From positions 14,570,001-14,634,000 of the forward strand of contig OZ024747.1 of assembly GCA_964016885.1 (NCBI GenBank): a stretch of DNA of 64,000 nucleotides, in the 5' to 3' direction. Every line of letters begins with the position of its first letter. Positions within the stretch are counted from its first letter, which is position 1. A model generated the notes under the pieces. The model saw only the letters and a program-made list of their open reading frames with translations, ran no database searches and was not told the DNA's origin. The translations under genes and the position numbers were made by a program. This DNA is from Eledone cirrhosa. Taxonomy: Eukaryota. Positions 60,832 through 64,000 of the stretch are shown one piece after another.

Positions 60832-61580
60832 ATACGATGTTGTACAGTTAATTTTTAACTTTTATTGTTTTCGCCAGAAATAGTCGACACAGAAATAAAA
60901 GTGATGAACGTTAAAGAAAATAAACATCATTAAAAATCAAAATTAGTAAAATCTCATGTTAGCTTCAATACTTTTAATAAATAATATCAATAACAATAGA
61001 TATCTGAAATGGTTTGTTGCTAATATGATTATAATTCTTCTGCCTATTTGGCTGTTTTGACATTTTAAAATATATTTATATGTAAACGACGTTAAAATTT
61101 GTTTCATCTCAAATCCCCCTCACACGTTTTATTCCTGGATATAAACGTTTATCCACACTACATTGAATATAGGAAGCTTAATTTCGAAGTTACATTTACT
61201 AGTGTAAACATAATTATTTAAAAGAATGATCTCTAGAGATATCATTAAAACTCCAAACAAATTATAAATCTTATTAACGTATCAGACATTTTATAATGAT
61301 CTCACATCTTCAAAATCTTATAATGGCCTCACATCTTCAAAATCAAAACATTTTATAAATATATGTTTATTTGATTACTTTGTATTTACCATGATAAACT
61401 TTCTATTGTTATTGATATTATTTATTAAAAGTATTGAAGCTTTTATTAAAAGTATTGAGATTTTACTAATTTTGATTTTTAATGATGTTTATTTTCTTTA
61501 ACGTTCATCACTTTTATTTCTGTGTCGACTATTTCTGGCGAAAACAATAAAAGTTAAAAATTAACTGTACAACATCGTAT
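60832..61580. repeat. Near-perfect ~170-bp inverted duplication (60832-61000 / 61402-61580) with 400-bp spacer
   Basis: ATACGATGTTGTACAG..GCCAGAAATAGTCGACACAG..AACAATAGA is mirrored; small templated repeats at the junctions. Confidence 0.9.
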
Positions 61581-63614
61581 TTGATATTTTCAACCATGTT
61601 ATTTAACAGAAAGAAAAAAAATGTGACATTCTTTTGAGTATGGAGACTAGGCTAAAAACTGCATTCAAACGATTTCAATATTGTCCACCCAGATTATGAC
61701 ACAAATTAAGATCTGCAAATGACGTCTTTTCTTTTTAGCACACACAAATGTCTTTTGAACCTAAATTAGATGTCTTTCTGTTATGTTTCCATTTTTTTTT
61801 CTGTTTGTTTCAAGCTTTTATTCTGCTTATTGCAGAGGCAATACTGTCTGTATGTATTTGTGTGTGTTGCCATGCGTCCCTACGTATTAGCCATTGTATG
61901 TTAATAAAGCATTGCATTTTCTTTCGATTTCTTTTATTGTATTCGCCATATTGGCTATTCAATAGCTTATATTCAGTAGTTTGTTTCGTTATATTTTTAT
62001 TTTACATTTTCATTTGTTCTCTTCTATAATTTGCCTTTTTCTATTATGACCAATGTTTATTTGTCTCTTAGCAAATGTTCGAATGCGCTGATAGCTACTA
62101 CTTGACACATGGGCAGCTGAGTATGACATGAGGGCCGAAGGATTCGAAATAATTTCTATGAGAGCTGAAAGTGTCCCTAAGACGTTATGTTTTGTTATTC
62201 CATTTATAAGGAGTGATATGTCTTTACAAATAAATACAATTGATAATGAAATTGCTCATGTGGTGAACAATGATCCTGACTCAAAACATCATCACATAAA
62301 ATATGAACCTAACATATTTATGTTAACATATTATATGAAATAGATATCACTGGGGAAATGGCATACATAGGATAATGATACAGAGATCGTTTAATAACTA
62401 AATAACTACCATTCTGCATATGAAAAAGAGATTTTCTAATATAAATTTATTTTATCTTTTTATTCCTCAGCTTATAAGAAGTTCAGGATGATTGATCACA
62501 AGAAAAATAACAACAATGCCAGGCAACATTAAACAATGAATGAGTGTGGAAAATATTTGAGAGATTATTCTTGTTTGAATAATGTTTAACCCAGTATTAC
62601 TTTCTATGAGAGTTTTCAACTAATAGAAATTTAAAAGCAAAGAAGGCAACAACCATAGCAGAAACCGACGCGATATCATTTAGACGAGTAAACGACTTGC
62701 AAGTATGATCAGCTAATTTTCCTTTGAATCATAATGTGTCAACACAGAAAAGGAAGTTAAAGCTTAATCTCAACTCGAATTAATCTCCCATAGAAATGAC
62801 TGGAGTATCACAACTTGCTTGGTAAGGCCTAATAAGAGGATCAAGCAACGAGACCGAACAGTTTATTTGAAGGCAGCCGTTCTTGATAGGAGCCTCCCTT
62901 GTGTAGGTCAAATATTCACCAATGGGTAAATGTTTTCTTTTGATGCTACTTCATAATGGTTTCTATAATACAAGGCACTTGGAAGTAAAATAATATCTTG
63001 GGAAAGCTCCAGCCAATGAGTTTTATATATACCTCTATCTACACTTACCTTCACAGCTGTGTACGAACCAACAAGTAACACACAATCACACAACCTTATA
63101 TACACCCACATACAGCTTCGTACTCACAAACACTCAAACACACAAACACAGAGACATACACACACACACAGAAACACACACTTCTCTCTTCAATTTACAT
63201 ATACACATACAGACCCTCATAGCATCGTACGGACGAATAACAAACACACACTCACGCACACACACACACACACACTCACGCACACACACACGTGCAAGCT
63301 TATACGCTCTATATGTAAAACGATATATTTCCTTTTCACCTAGACGCGTTCGATCACCGAATTCTAAAACAAGGTTATCTTATATTACAACGCCAGCATC
63401 AATCGTTTTCCAAGAGATGGCGACAAGAGTAGACCTGTTTTTTTCGTTTCTGCCACTGCCCACTCTCCTCTATTTCTTCTTTAATTTCTCATTCTATTTC
63501 ATGATGAAAGACTAATGTCCAAAACTTTAGGAGTCTTTCCATACTATAAAAAGCGTAACTCTAATAACATATTCGTCATTGTACTGTGTCGTTTGCTTTG
63601 TTATTTCTGATTTT

Positions 63615-63616
<2 letters not shown>

Positions 63617-63685
<69 letters not shown>
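63617..63685. repeat. (CA)n microsatellite
   Basis: Direct inspection. Confidence 0.95.
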
Positions 63686-63690
<5 letters not shown>

Positions 63691-64000
63691 GTATATATAT
63701 TCATTTAATATGGCTAAGCAATGAGCCTTGTTATGCTGGAGTTATAAATGAGTCATAATAAATGAATATTTAAACTTTACTTCGGTATACAGTAATTTTC
63801 ATTACGTCTGTCAATAATACGCGGTTACACGTATATATATATATATATATATGATATATATATTTCTTCCTCTCTCCTCACCATTCACCCCCCCCCCCCC
63901 CCTGTTCTTCTTTTCCCTCCCTTTTATCTCCTTTTTTTCTCTCCTTTCTCTTTTCTTTTCCTCCTGGCCTATTGATTAATAAAAGCCCTTGGGCGCGCCC

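Overview
AT-rich, repeat-saturated, apparently gene-free eukaryotic DNA. The SINE families, the dense (TA)n/(CA)n/(TTA)n microsatellites and the retroelement mix suggest an octopus/cephalopod genome (inference, not verified). No host protein-coding gene or RNA gene can be supported, and most ORF-track entries are microsatellite translations. The window holds: (i) about 20 copies of a ~190-bp tRNA-derived SINE plus a second SINE group; (ii) Tx1/L1-clade LINE remnants, including a 3-kb ORF2 pseudogene inserted with a 17-bp TSD into the (CTAT)n tail of a sister copy and a 5'-inverted (twin-primed) copy in (TTA)n; (iii) R4/Dong-type restriction-like-endonuclease retroelements at (TAA)n; (iv) RTE fragments and a non-autonomous Helitron. 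The most interesting component is a set of six unrelated non-coding element families in (TA)n tracts. All carry hammerhead-ribozyme (HHR) folds or remnants, five share an 'inverted arm + arm + 3' tail' layout typical of Penelope-like elements, and in the one family with several hairpin copies the two arms share copy-private variants. This suggests a double-priming insertion mechanism that uses the (TA)n target and, in one family, the ribozyme's own stem II. All coordinates and alignments were read by eye and may be off by a few bases.
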